Positions 10,597 to 20,898 of a stretch of 64,000 bases of DNA are shown piece by piece. The notes below the pieces were generated by a model. The model was given only the letters and a program-made list of their open reading frames with translations. It was not told the DNA's origin and did no database searches. This DNA comes from Actinomycetota bacterium (lineage in GTDB: Bacteria; Actinomycetota; Acidimicrobiia; Acidimicrobiales; JAMCPL01). Where the stretch lies: the NCBI GenBank assembly GCA_023379675.1, contig JAMCPL010000016.1, positions 34,407 to 98,406 on the forward strand, in the 5' to 3' direction. Numbering within the stretch: position 1 is the stretch's first letter; every line of letters starts with the position of its first letter. The position numbers and the translations under genes are program-made.

Positions 10597-11784
10597 TCAA
10601 GTGCTTGCACTGTTCGTGGATCGCGTGCCAGAACTGCGTGGAAGTAAAGCCCTACGCTTCATGACCTCTCCTGTGAAGGCTCTCCCCCTGGCGAGCCGGG
10701 TCAAAATATCCAACTGCCCATTCGGTCTTGCCAGCATCCACGAGTGCCCCCCGGGTACCCAGAGCACCTTTTCCCCACTTGCTACCTCGAACTCCTCCGC
10801 TGTGGCGGCATGGGCTATCCTGTCAAAGCAGCCCCAGACCGGAAGCAGGGGTATCTCGCCCTTCTCCGCAAGATTACGGATATCAGCCGTCATGTCTATT
10901 GTGAACAGCATTGCTCCCACCGGGATCGTACGTCCGAGCGATCTAACGTTGCGCCTGAAATCAGGTAAAACCGCCCTTATGGTCTCCGCCCTGCGCCTGC
11001 CTACAAGCATGTCGGGCAGATCGAACACCAGCGCTGCAACAAGATCAGCCACATTGGCTACATCAGGGGCAAACGGCTTTATCGCATCCACTATCAGCCC
11101 GTTACGCTGCCGCCATCCCGGCGTAGCGGCGCCATCTCTGTAGATGATTCCAAGAGTTCTTTCAGGATACTGCTCGGCAAATGCCACCGCAATCGCCCCA
11201 CCCATTGAATGACCCATCAGGAGCGCCCTGTCTATGCCAAGATGGTCCATGAGAATGGCAACCTGTCCGGCCATCTCGTACACGTTCACTTGTCGCCACG
11301 GCAACGGATCGCTACCACCAAAACCAGGCAGGCTGGGCGCGAGCACCCTCCATCCAAGCCCTTCCGCCAAGTAACGCGACTCTTCCCAGTACATGCCGCC
11401 ACCCGCAAAGAACCCGTGCAGGCTGACCACCCACATCGGTTCCGGTATGCCTGCAGGATCAATGGGGATGTCATCATAGTTGTCACTTACGGCGTAGCGT
11501 AGCCGACGACCTTCCACCAGTAATACGTTGTGTATCATGTGCACTGCATGCTTGATGCGCCTGCCGCCCGTATCGAAGGATGCGGTCGAACGATCCGCCT
11601 GTCTCCCGCGCTGCTCCGGAACCACCTGCTTTCTGTGCTGCTCGGACGTACTCGATCTCCCGACAGGCCTCCTAGAAAATTGAGAAACCGTACGCGTCCC
11701 TTCGACAGGATACAACTTGGTGTTCCTCCAAGTAGGCAGGAGGTCCGAAAGGTCTCTCAACGGCCCTATAAATGGCGTGTTCAT
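10597..11784 (-). CDS. Alpha/beta-fold hydrolase
   Basis: HGF oxyanion loop, GHSMGG nucleophile elbow, C-terminal D and GGH catalytic residues; start uncertain. Confidence 0.85.
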   Translation of the reverse strand: MNTPFIGPLRDLSDLLPTWRNTKLYPVEGTRTVSQFSRRPVGRSSTSEQHRKQVVPEQRGRQADRSTASFDTGGRRIKHAVHMIHNVLLVEGRRLRYAVSDNYDDIPIDPAGIPEPMWVVSLHGFFAGGGMYWEESRYLAEGLGWRVLAPSLPGFGGSDPLPWRQVNVYEMAGQVAILMDHLGIDRALLMGHSMGGAIAVAFAEQYPERTLGIIYRDGAATPGWRQRNGLIVDAIKPFAPDVANVADLVAALVFDLPDMLVGRRRAETIRAVLPDFRRNVRSLGRTIPVGAMLFTIDMTADIRNLAEKGEIPLLPVWGCFDRIAHAATAEEFEVASGEKVLWVPGGHSWMLARPNGQLDILTRLARGRAFTGEVMKRRALLPRSSGTRSTNSAST

Positions 11785-11836
11785 GGTGTTTGACCAAGGA
11801 TAGCGCTAAGCCGCTCGCATGTGGTGGACACCTCGC

Positions 11837-13273
11837 TCATTCCGTGGCTCGAGACTGAGGCCTCAGCGTAGGAAAGGCGATCACGTCCCTAATGCTCGGC
11901 TGATCGGTCAGCAGCATGACAAGACGATCCATGCCCATTCCCAGACCGGCAGTGGGAGGCAGTCCATGCTCGAGCGCGTGTATGTAGTCCTCGTCCACCG
12001 TCATCGCTTCCTCGTCACCATTGGCATGCCGGAGCGCTTGCATCTCGAACCTCGACCTCTGATCATCGGGGTCAACCAGCTCCGAGAAGGCATTGGCAAG
12101 TTCCCTACCTGCTATCACCACCTCGAACCTCTCCACCAACGCCTGGTTGTCCCTGTGGCGCCGGGCAAGAGGAGAAACCTCTACGGGAAAGTCTTTCACG
12201 ATCACAGGACCCCAAAGATGCGCTTCGCATGCCTTCTCATATATCTCCATCAAGAGTTTCCCGCTACCCCAACCACTCTCAGGAACAGTCCCCAGATCTC
12301 TCAGGAATTCGGTCATCACTGTAACAGGGGTATCCACTGTAAAGGCGCAACCAGTACTCTCCTCCACCAGCTCCTCCAAGGTGGCCCTCCTCCAAGGTGG
12401 CTCGAGATCCACCTCCTTGCCTTGGTAAATGATCCTGGTGGTACCCAGTAATTTCCTGGCGAGAGTACTGACGAGCGACTCCATGGACACCATGAGATCC
12501 TCGTAATCTGCATACGCTTGGTAAAGCTCCAGGATGGTGAACTCAGGGTTATGCCTGGGCGATATTCCCTCGTTCCGGAAGACCCGGCCAATCTCGAACA
12601 CCTTTTCGAAACCTCCGACCACCAGGCGTTTCAGGTAGAGCTCCGGCGCTATACGGAGGTAGAGATCCATGTCCAGCGCATTATGGTGAGTTACGAAGGG
12701 TCTAGCCAGCGCGCCGCCTGCAATAGGATGTAGCATGGGTGTCTCCACCTCGACGAACCCTTCCTCCTCCAACATCCTCCTGGTCTCACTTATTATGGTA
12801 GAACGCGACTGGAGTATCTCACGAGAGCGTGCGTTGGCCCACAGATCCACCTCCCGTTGCCTGTAACGGATCTCCACGTCGGTGATGCCGCGCCACTTGT
12901 CTCCGAACGGCAGCCTGGCCTCGGCCAGCATCACCCAGTCCTCCACCAGTATCGACAACTCGCCCCGCTTTGTCTTCACCACCTTGCCATTGGCCCCTAT
13001 CCAATCGCCGAGAGAAAGCCTGGTGAACTCCTTGAACTTTGCCGTGGTAGCTGCACGGGCAAATAGCTGTACCTGCCCGGAGGAATCCACCAGGGTCACA
13101 AAAGCGATCTTCCCCTGGCTTCTGACGAGCATCGCCCTGCCGGCCACGCTGTGACGCACTTCGGTCTCTTCTTCGGCAGCCAGGTCCGAGAACTGGTCAT
13201 GCAGCAAAGCGGCGGTCGTGGTTCTCTCGTAACGGTACGGTATGCAAGATGATGGGTCTTCAGCCATGTCCAC
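11837..13273 (-). CDS. lysS: Lysyl-tRNA synthetase (class II)
   Basis: OB domain, GGALARPF, LRIAPELYLKRL, FRNEG, HNPEFT, PPTAGLGMG.DRLVM. Confidence 0.97.
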   Translation of the reverse strand: MDMAEDPSSCIPYRYERTTTAALLHDQFSDLAAEEETEVRHSVAGRAMLVRSQGKIAFVTLVDSSGQVQLFARAATTAKFKEFTRLSLGDWIGANGKVVKTKRGELSILVEDWVMLAEARLPFGDKWRGITDVEIRYRQREVDLWANARSREILQSRSTIISETRRMLEEEGFVEVETPMLHPIAGGALARPFVTHHNALDMDLYLRIAPELYLKRLVVGGFEKVFEIGRVFRNEGISPRHNPEFTILELYQAYADYEDLMVSMESLVSTLARKLLGTTRIIYQGKEVDLEPPWRRATLEELVEESTGCAFTVDTPVTVMTEFLRDLGTVPESGWGSGKLLMEIYEKACEAHLWGPVIVKDFPVEVSPLARRHRDNQALVERFEVVIAGRELANAFSELVDPDDQRSRFEMQALRHANGDEEAMTVDEDYIHALEHGLPPTAGLGMGMDRLVMLLTDQPSIRDVIAFPTLRPQSRATE

Positions 13274-14129
13274 TCATACTACGGCGATACACCAGCCTGA
13301 GGCCATATAGTGTAAGCCAGGGATCGAGATGCTCCACAGCCTTGCAGTATGGAACCACCAATTCAGCAAGCCCACCCGTGGCCACCACCGTCGCGTGCCC
13401 TCCGAGTTCCTCGCGGAACAACCCACACATGGTATCCAGTTGCCCTGCAAACCCGTAGAGTACCCCGGACCGGATGGATTCCGCCGTCGATCTTCCGATC
13501 ACCGACTTTGGCTGAGTGAGCACGACCTGGCTGAGAGCGGCAGCATGAGCAAAGAGGGCATCCATGCTGATAGACACTCCCGGCATTATCGCTCCTCCGA
13601 GGTACTCCCCGCCCGCGGATATGCCGTCCAGAGTGGTGGCGGTGCCCAGATCAGCCACTATGCAGGGACCTCCGTAAAGATTGTACGCGCCGATGGCGTT
13701 GGCAATCCTATCAGGCCCTACCTCTCTCGGGTCCTCGTACAGTATAGGCATGCCGGAACGGAATCCCGGTTCCAGCACCACCAGTCTCACGCCGGGCAGC
13801 CACTTAGCGGCCATCGCACGCAAGGAGGCAGCGGCATTCGGAACAGATGAGGTGACCGCTATGCCATCCACGACATCCTTGATGTCCATCCCTGCAAGCC
13901 TGAGCAGGTTTGAGAAACTCATCGCGTACTCGTCCGCGGTATGTTCGGGAACAGTAGAGATACGCCAATGATGCACAAGGGTATCCGGGATCGGGCCGGT
14001 ACCTCGAAAACTTATATCACTCGCTGAGTTTATATCGTCTCGCGGGTCATTCTCACCCGGCAGGCTCTCCTCGAGGTGGAACAGGCCGATCACCGTCTCG
14101 GTGTTCCCGATATCTACAGCCAGCAGCAC
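13260..14129 (-). CDS. coaX: Type III pantothenate kinase
   Basis: LAVDIGNT, VGPDR, DLGTATT, GGAIMPG, VATGG. Confidence 0.95.
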   Translation of the reverse strand: MLLAVDIGNTETVIGLFHLEESLPGENDPRDDINSASDISFRGTGPIPDTLVHHWRISTVPEHTADEYAMSFSNLLRLAGMDIKDVVDGIAVTSSVPNAAASLRAMAAKWLPGVRLVVLEPGFRSGMPILYEDPREVGPDRIANAIGAYNLYGGPCIVADLGTATTLDGISAGGEYLGGAIMPGVSISMDALFAHAAALSQVVLTQPKSVIGRSTAESIRSGVLYGFAGQLDTMCGLFREELGGHATVVATGGLAELVVPYCKAVEHLDPWLTLYGLRLVYRRSMSGHG

Positions 14130-14174
14130 CTTACAGTCCTGACCTTACGATAACCTTGCAACGACCTTGCAATC

Positions 14175-15077
14175 CTATCCCGCCGGCGCGACCGGAATAT
14201 CCAGCCCCAGATCGACCGCCGGTGACGAATGCGTAAGGGCGCCTACCGATATGAAGTCGGTGCCTGCAGCGGCGTAAAGTGGCGCTGCCTCCAAGGTGAC
14301 GCCACCTGATACCTCCACCAGTACGCGCTTCCCGCCGGCTCGCGAGCGCAACTCCACTACGCAGGCAGCCACCTCGTCAGGAGTCATATTGTCGAGTAAC
14401 ACCATCGTTGCGCCGGCATCTTGAGCTTTGATCGCTTGTTCAATCGTATCGCACTCCACCTCCACCAGCTTGAATGGCCACAGTTCACGTGCCCTGGCAA
14501 CCACTTCGGTAATGGACGACCCGACCAAATGATTGTCCTTCACGAGCACGGCTTCTGAAAGATTACCCCTGTGGTTCTTGCCACCGCCGGCCCGGACAGC
14601 CGCTTTCTCCAGTGCCCTCAGCCCTGGAGTGGTCTTGCGCGTGTCGAGCACTGCCGTAATCTGGCTGGCCCGCGATACCGCCTCAACAAACCTGCCTGCC
14701 AGCGTAGCCACCCCTGAGAGATGGCACAGAAAATTGAGCGCCGTCCTCTCCGCTGTAAGGATGGATCGTAAAGGACCGGCCACTTCCGCAACCACTGATC
14801 CCCTGGTTATCCTGCCTCCGTCGGGAATCTTCCAATCGACCGCTATCGAGCTGTCGACCTGATGAAATGACTCTACAGCGCAGACACCGCCAGCCACTAT
14901 ACCATCCTCGCGGGATACTATATGTAGCTGTGCGCTGCGATCGCCAGGCACCAGCTTCGCAGTAGCATCGCCGAGTGGGAGAAGATCCTCCGCCAGCGCA
15001 AGCGCAACCGCTTGGCGGACGGCCAATATCGGGGGGTCGTATCCGCTACTCGTCATCTCTCCGTCCTGATCACCCAT
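14175..15077 (-). CDS. nadC: Quinolinate phosphoribosyltransferase
   Basis: ERTALN, DTRKTTPGLR..EK, NHR, KDNH, EVE, LLDN, SGG, SVGALTHS. Confidence 0.96.
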   Translation of the reverse strand: MGDQDGEMTSSGYDPPILAVRQAVALALAEDLLPLGDATAKLVPGDRSAQLHIVSREDGIVAGGVCAVESFHQVDSSIAVDWKIPDGGRITRGSVVAEVAGPLRSILTAERTALNFLCHLSGVATLAGRFVEAVSRASQITAVLDTRKTTPGLRALEKAAVRAGGGKNHRGNLSEAVLVKDNHLVGSSITEVVARARELWPFKLVEVECDTIEQAIKAQDAGATMVLLDNMTPDEVAACVVELRSRAGGKRVLVEVSGGVTLEAAPLYAAAGTDFISVGALTHSSPAVDLGLDIPVAPAG

Positions 15078-15080
15078 GCT

Positions 15081-16955
15081 CTATGTCCTCTCTCCATGCA
15101 CTATCCTTGTGATCCCTGAATCGGCTGCGAATGGATACTCTACCCGAGCATGAGCCCCTCTGGTCTCCCTGCGATAGAAGGCGGAACGGGTCAGGGCGCC
15201 GGCGACAGTGCACAGATTGCACAGCTCGGCATAATCACGCATCGCCGCATGGTCGCGCCTGATCACCTGCGCAGTGCCACTACGTCCCGTGCTGGCACGG
15301 TCCCCGTCGCTATAGCCGCCATGCAACATGGCCCCAACAGCAGAAGAAGGTGCAGCAGGAACAGTAGTGCCAGAATTTGAACCCATCTCGGCGCCAGATA
15401 CGGTGCCGGCACTTGCACGAAGTGTATCGACAATCACATGGGCAGTCTCCTCCAGGCTCTCTGCAGAACGCAATACGCCTGCACCACGTGTCATGGCATC
15501 CTGAAAGTGCGAGCGTATCTTTGCGATGTCATTACTTTCCACCCCCTCCAGCCCGCTCCCAGTACCAGCGCCCAGAGCAGTATCTGTACCGTAAGCGCCC
15601 CTGTGATATACGCTCCCATACATAGACATATCCGGTATGGGAATATCAATACCGAGCAGTTCCGCCTGCTCCTCCTCCAACTCTGCTATCGTCTTGCAGC
15701 CAACCCTGCTCGGCACGCCCATCCAGCCTCTCATGGCTCCAGTGGCTTCAGCGCGGTCTTTGCCAGCGACAATAGCTCGAGCTGCTCTGAGGCCATACAC
15801 TAGACCTTCCAACAGCGAGTTCGACGCCAAGCGGTTAGCACCGTGCACGCCGGTACAGGAAACCTCACCTGCCGCGAAAAGCCCTGCACAAGCAGTAGCA
15901 CCATCAAGATCGGTAAGCAACCCACCTGAAATATAGTGCGCTGCCGGGGCAACGGGAAGCCAATCCGTCGCCGGATCGAGTCGAGCGGCACCGAGCGCCT
16001 CCGCTATCGTAGGGAAACGTATCGCAAAGTCCGAGAGCTGCGTAGCATCCAACCACAGATGAAACACTCCCTGCTCGATCATCTTATGAGCCATTGCCCT
16101 GCTCACCTGGTCACGAGGCAGCAGCTCGTCGACCCACCTATTCCCATCCCTGTCGCGCAGCACGGCGCCATGGCCACGCAGCGCTTCCGACAGCAGCGGG
16201 CGGGGTATCCCGGGATAGTACAGTGCAGTGGGATGGAACTGGAAGAACTCCAGATCGGCAACGGGAACACCTGCCCTCAACGCCATAGCCACACCGTCTC
16301 CCGTAGCCTCCAGCGGGTTGGTGGTGACCGAGTAAAGCTGCCCAGCTCCCCCGGTAGCCAGAAGAACCACTCCTGCCCTTACCTCGCGCTGATTCTCTGA
16401 AGCATCCACGCAATGGACTCCCTTGCAGCGCCCATCCTCGATGATCAGATCCAAGCTGAACCAACCCTCCATGATGGCTAGATCGCTATCACGCACCGCC
16501 TCGACAAGCGCACGCTCCACCTCGGCTCCCGTCGCCACACCACCGGCATGGAGCACCCTGGCGGTGGAATGGCCTCCCTCCCTGGCTCTAAGGTAATTAC
16601 CAATCGTGTCGCGATCAAACATCATGCCTGCACCGATGAGTTTCACGATAGCATCGGGCCCTTCTTCCACAAGTACCCTGACAGCATCCAGGTCACACAG
16701 ATCGTGTCCGGCGGCAAGAGTATCTGCAATGTGGAGATCTGCGCTGTCCTCATCACCAGGCAGCACCGCAGCAATACCGCCCTGGGCCCAGCGGGTCGCC
16801 GACTGGCTCAATTCACCCTTGGTGAGTACGCCGGCTCGTAACCCTTCCACCCTGCTCAACCCGAGAGCGGCAAACAGACCAGCCACCCCACTGCCCACCA
16901 CCAGTACGTCGAAGGATACCGCTCCCTGGTCGCCGGCATGTGGCATGCCACTCAT
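15081..16955 (-). CDS. nadB: L-aspartate oxidase
   Basis: [54 protein letters not shown]. Confidence 0.94.
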   Translation of the reverse strand: MSGMPHAGDQGAVSFDVLVVGSGVAGLFAALGLSRVEGLRAGVLTKGELSQSATRWAQGGIAAVLPGDEDSADLHIADTLAAGHDLCDLDAVRVLVEEGPDAIVKLIGAGMMFDRDTIGNYLRAREGGHSTARVLHAGGVATGAEVERALVEAVRDSDLAIMEGWFSLDLIIEDGRCKGVHCVDASENQREVRAGVVLLATGGAGQLYSVTTNPLEATGDGVAMALRAGVPVADLEFFQFHPTALYYPGIPRPLLSEALRGHGAVLRDRDGNRWVDELLPRDQVSRAMAHKMIEQGVFHLWLDATQLSDFAIRFPTIAEALGAARLDPATDWLPVAPAAHYISGGLLTDLDGATACAGLFAAGEVSCTGVHGANRLASNSLLEGLVYGLRAARAIVAGKDRAEATGAMRGWMGVPSRVGCKTIAELEEEQAELLGIDIPIPDMSMYGSVYHRGAYGTDTALGAGTGSGLEGVESNDIAKIRSHFQDAMTRGAGVLRSAESLEETAHVIVDTLRASAGTVSGAEMGSNSGTTVPAAPSSAVGAMLHGGYSDGDRASTGRSGTAQVIRRDHAAMRDYAELCNLCTVAGALTRSAFYRRETRGAHARVEYPFAADSGITRIVHGERT

Positions 16956-17350
16956 TCCCAGCTACGCGAAGCGGGTTCGAGCACCGCTGAGATTGCTGGA
17001 AGCGGGCCGTTCGATGCATCGACATGTACCACTATCGGGTGGTATCCCTCCAATTCGGCCTGTTCGTAGTCTGCATAAGCCAAGATTATCACCTTGTCGC
17101 CCGGATGGACCAACCTGGCTGCCGCACCATTCAGGCAGATCTGAGCGGCGGCACCCTTGATAGCGTATGTCTCGAAACGAGCACCATTATCGATATCAAG
17201 CACCGCGACCTGTTCATTCTCCAGTATGTCCGCCAGCTCCATCAGCACGGGATCTATACTGACGGATCCCACGTAATCAAGGTTGGCTCCCGTTACGGTA
17301 GCCCTGTGTATCTTCGATTTGAGCATACGCCTTCTCATGATTCGCGGCAA
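16952..17350 (-). CDS. panD: Aspartate 1-decarboxylase
   Basis: [19 protein letters not shown] self-cleavage site, [14 protein letters not shown]. Confidence 0.96.
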   Translation of the reverse strand: MPRIMRRRMLKSKIHRATVTGANLDYVGSVSIDPVLMELADILENEQVAVLDIDNGARFETYAIKGAAAQICLNGAAARLVHPGDKVIILAYADYEQAELEGYHPIVVHVDASNGPLPAISAVLEPASRSWE

Positions 17351-17356
17351 CCTCCG

Positions 17357-19159
17357 TTACGCAACATCCACCATACCTGCCGTACCTACCGCTCCTACTG
17401 CCTGCGCCACCGGTATCTTCACGCCGATATTATCGATCAGACGTACGCTGCCGACCCGGGCCGCCACAAGCAGGCGCAACTCGCCGGCCACTGCCATTTC
17501 CATGCCAGGGGGTGTAGGCGTGAGAAAGCGTGGGGGGGCGTGAGTATGAATGGATACCAGGGGGTGCGAGGGATGCAGCAAATCGAAAGTATCCGACCGT
17601 ACCACCTCGGCATAATCCAGCGACACCCCATCCTCCTTGCTCATCTCACCGATCATGGCATCTCTTATGGAGATAATCAGATCGGGCGCCGTCCATGGCG
17701 ATCCCATGCTTACAGCTGTTCTCTCGCCCGCCTTCAGCGCACGGTACAGGCAGCGAGCAACCTTCCTCATCTCCGGCGACAGGCGCTTGTTCCGACTTGA
17801 AAGAGCAATGCCATCGTAGTCCCTCACCGTCGGGCAGGCCACCACATCCACCGGGAAGCACAGATCCCTCACCATCTGGCGCACCACCATGACCTGCTGG
17901 TAGTCCTTCTCGCCGAAGTAGGCCCTGCATCTACCTGCGAGGGCAAACAGCTTTGCCACAACGGTTGCCACCCCGTCAAAATGTCCCGGCCTTGAAGCTC
18001 CTTCGAGCACTTCGCTTATCCCGCTCACATGCACCACCCCTGCAGGATTGGCCGGGTAACCTGGATACATCTGGCCCACGCTTGGCGCGAATACAATACC
18101 GGCCCCGTGACTACGGGCAATCTCGATGTCTGCGTCGAGATCACGGGGGTAGCTGTCAAGATCGGAAGGATCATCGAATTGCAGAGGATTGACAAATATC
18201 GTAACAACCGCTACGTCACATTCCCTGCTGGCACGATCTATCAATGAAGCATGGCCTGCATGCAGTGCACCCATGGTCGGCACCAGCCCGATGGAAAGCC
18301 CCTCATTGCGTAACCGGTCCAGAGTGGGCTGCAACTCCTGAGCGCTTTTGATCACTTGCACCTGCCCTGCCACGGGGTGGCGACCACGATAACGGGAGGC
18401 GGGGGCACGGGAAGAAAGTGCTGCACCTGGCAACTCCAGCGTGTGTCCGAGTAGTCCATCCACAAGGCGCAATCCAGCCATGTACAGATCCTTCTCGCCA
18501 GGTTCGAGTGCGGCGAGATGCCTTACCAGCGTTTCAGCGTCACCCCTTGCCGCAGGTCCAGTGAGCGCACCAGCCGGTCCTAGATGTCTCACATCATCAA
18601 GAGCAAAGCCGGCTAGGTCAAGGAAAGGCGCCAGATCAAGGCCTGCAGCAGTGGCGATCCTCTCCACCTGGCTCATCAGGGCAACCAGATGGTTTGCCGC
18701 TACGCATCCAGCGGCATGATACAAGACTCTCGAAGCATCATCCACATGGATGGCCCTCCCACGGAGATTGCCAACCATCTCCGCCACTTCAACCACCCGA
18801 GGATCTCCTGCAACCGCAAAGGTGATGCCACCCAGCAATCGCTCCCTACCGGTATCCGGGTCGGGCAACGACGCCAGAGGATGGAGCGACGCTCTATTGG
18901 GATGAGGATAGAGCACATCCAGGCCAGTGGCCCCTGAAAGATGCACCACAATTGCACCCTCATCAGGTTCAATTGCACCAGCAACAGATTCAATCGCCCT
19001 ATCGGGAACTGCCAGCAACAGGACATCGGTATTACGAGCCATCCCGCTGAGAGCCATATCGCGGCCGAACGGTCCCTCGACCGGATAACCCACTTCTTTC
19101 AATGCTGATGCAAACGACAATCCGGCCCTGCCCGCACCAACTATTCGGACACTTTTCAT
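17357..19159 (-). CDS. panC: Fusion of Rossmann-like/DUF2520 (PanG-type ketopantoate reductase) and pantoate--beta-alanine ligase
   Basis: N-terminal GAGRAG..AVPD..HLSG..LHP..YHAA...N..LTGPAARGD; C-terminal VPTMGALHAGH, FVNPLQF, SRPGHFDGV, FGEKDYQQ, SSRN, RLIDN. Confidence 0.92.
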   Translation of the reverse strand: MKSVRIVGAGRAGLSFASALKEVGYPVEGPFGRDMALSGMARNTDVLLLAVPDRAIESVAGAIEPDEGAIVVHLSGATGLDVLYPHPNRASLHPLASLPDPDTGRERLLGGITFAVAGDPRVVEVAEMVGNLRGRAIHVDDASRVLYHAAGCVAANHLVALMSQVERIATAAGLDLAPFLDLAGFALDDVRHLGPAGALTGPAARGDAETLVRHLAALEPGEKDLYMAGLRLVDGLLGHTLELPGAALSSRAPASRYRGRHPVAGQVQVIKSAQELQPTLDRLRNEGLSIGLVPTMGALHAGHASLIDRASRECDVAVVTIFVNPLQFDDPSDLDSYPRDLDADIEIARSHGAGIVFAPSVGQMYPGYPANPAGVVHVSGISEVLEGASRPGHFDGVATVVAKLFALAGRCRAYFGEKDYQQVMVVRQMVRDLCFPVDVVACPTVRDYDGIALSSRNKRLSPEMRKVARCLYRALKAGERTAVSMGSPWTAPDLIISIRDAMIGEMSKEDGVSLDYAEVVRSDTFDLLHPSHPLVSIHTHAPPRFLTPTPPGMEMAVAGELRLLVAARVGSVRLIDNIGVKIPVAQAVGAVGTAGMVDVA

Positions 19160-19256
19160 CCAGTTCCTTTCTGCGCTACAGTCCTCTTCAAGGTACCGGT
19201 CGCGTCAAGTCATCCTTCAACCAGTCCACGGCCGACCGACCATACGACCGACCATG

Positions 19257-19784
19257 TCATGCCATGGAACTCCTGCCATTCATCGTATCACCACGGCCAC
19301 CCGACCGCCAGCCGCTCGCTGGCACGGTGCCAAACTTCCATACTCGCCCTGTCGCCCTCTGGAACACATCCTCCGGAACGAGGCCGGGCTCCAGATCCCT
19401 GAGAGGCGCCAGTACAAACTTTCGCTCCCACATACGCGGATGCGGTACCACCAGATCCCCCGTTGCAACCGTCTCTCCCTCCACCAGCAGGATGTCCACA
19501 TCCAAAGTACGTGCACCATGATGCTCCCCGCGTACCCTGCCCGCCCTGGTCTCCAACTCGTGACAGAGCATGAGCAACCCCCTTGCAGGTAGGTCCGTCA
19601 CCAATCGGACAACCATGTTCAGATACGGACCCTGACCTGATGGTCCTCCCAGCGGCTCCGTCTCGTAGACAGGCGACAGAGATGTCTCTCCCTGCTCTCC
19701 CTGGATGGCCTGAACCGCTTCCCGGAGGTAGCCCAGGCGATCCCCCAGGTTGGACCCGAGCCCCAGGAATACATTCCTCACCAT
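19257..19784 (-). CDS. folK: 2-amino-4-hydroxy-6-hydroxymethyldihydropteridine pyrophosphokinase
   Basis: LGLGSNLGD, YET.P, YLN, RTLDVDIL, VPHPR..R.FVL.PL. Confidence 0.95.
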   Translation of the reverse strand: MVRNVFLGLGSNLGDRLGYLREAVQAIQGEQGETSLSPVYETEPLGGPSGQGPYLNMVVRLVTDLPARGLLMLCHELETRAGRVRGEHHGARTLDVDILLVEGETVATGDLVVPHPRMWERKFVLAPLRDLEPGLVPEDVFQRATGRVWKFGTVPASGWRSGGRGDTMNGRSSMA

Positions 19785-19797
19785 CGCCCGCCAAGAT

Positions 19798-20298
19798 TCA
19801 CCGCCGCTCCCCGGGCATCTCCACGGTTACTCCGACGCCACCTACGTGGTACTCGATCGGAGGGTGGAGTTTACGCACTGTGACCGCCACGTATCCCACT
19901 TTATCCCCATACTCGTTTCTTATACGCTTCACAATGGAGCCGGCAAGCAACTCCAGCAGCTTATGAGGTGGGCCTTCCAGCACCTCTACAGCCAATGCCA
20001 CGATAGCGCCGTAATCCAAAGTATCGGAAATATCATCTGTGGAATATGCATTACTGCCACTTAGCTCCACCAGCATATCAATCTCGAAAGGTTGCGCACG
20101 CTCCCGCTCCTCCGGGGTAAGGCCATGCCTTCCCAGGACACGTATGCCGTCAATGGCAATGGTGGTTCCCGTTACGGCTAGGCGCGACGCTGTATGAGCA
20201 GGAGGACCTACGAGAACAGGAGCGCTTCCGGAGGTTGCTGCCAGGGAACGATCAGCTGGCGGGCTGGTGGTCGGCGGGCCGTCAGCTGGGCGCATCAT
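19798..20298 (-). CDS. folB: Dihydroneopterin aldolase
   Basis: GRHG...ER..AQ.F.ID, TLDY, LLE.LA, V.K..PPI; upstream of folK. Confidence 0.9.
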   Translation of the reverse strand: MMRPADGPPTTSPPADRSLAATSGSAPVLVGPPAHTASRLAVTGTTIAIDGIRVLGRHGLTPEERERAQPFEIDMLVELSGSNAYSTDDISDTLDYGAIVALAVEVLEGPPHKLLELLAGSIVKRIRNEYGDKVGYVAVTVRKLHPPIEYHVGGVGVTVEMPGERR

Positions 20299-20806
20299 GC
20301 AAACCGATGATGGATGCCACGGCGATGATCTTCCTGCCCTCCGAGGAGAGATGCACCTTGGTAAGCTTCTCCATGACTTCGATCACCTGGATATTGGTGG
20401 CCAATCGCTTCGACCACAAAAGGTACCCACCCATAGCTCCCACCAGCCTGTCATCCACCCCGTCTGCATGCAGGAGTATCTTCTCTCCGGCAGATATCAA
20501 GCGATCCATGCTCGAGTAGAGTACCTTCAACGACACGGCGCCGTTACTGCCATAATAGAGCGGTATATGCGAATACGGCATACCGCCCTCTTCATATGCA
20601 GCCAAGTTGTGAGGGGACTGCAGTAGGGAGACTATCCTGGTAAAACCATTCACCCGTAGCCATATGATCTCCTCCTCACGCCTCACCTTACGGTGCGCTG
20701 ACCCGGAACCGCCCGGTCTCTCGCTTATAGCCACTTGGTCGAGCAGCACCCACTTGAAGTTTCTTGGCTCTATGCCATCCGCCCATTTTCCCCGCAACGT
20801 CGTCAT
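20282..20806 (-). CDS. Protein-tyrosine/dual-specificity phosphatase-fold protein lacking the catalytic Cys
   Basis: NF.WV...AISERPG, IVSLL, HIP, and KILLHADGVDDR in place of the HCx5R P-loop; overlaps folB start. Confidence 0.6.
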   Translation of the reverse strand: MTTLRGKWADGIEPRNFKWVLLDQVAISERPGGSGSAHRKVRREEEIIWLRVNGFTRIVSLLQSPHNLAAYEEGGMPYSHIPLYYGSNGAVSLKVLYSSMDRLISAGEKILLHADGVDDRLVGAMGGYLLWSKRLATNIQVIEVMEKLTKVHLSSEGRKIIAVASIIGLHDAPS

Positions 20807-20898
20807 ACAATCCTCATCCAACAAGTTTAGCAGGCGGCACCTATACTGTCTATGGGGCCGCTGGCAGGCAACGTCGTGCCGGGCGGTACTATATCTGT

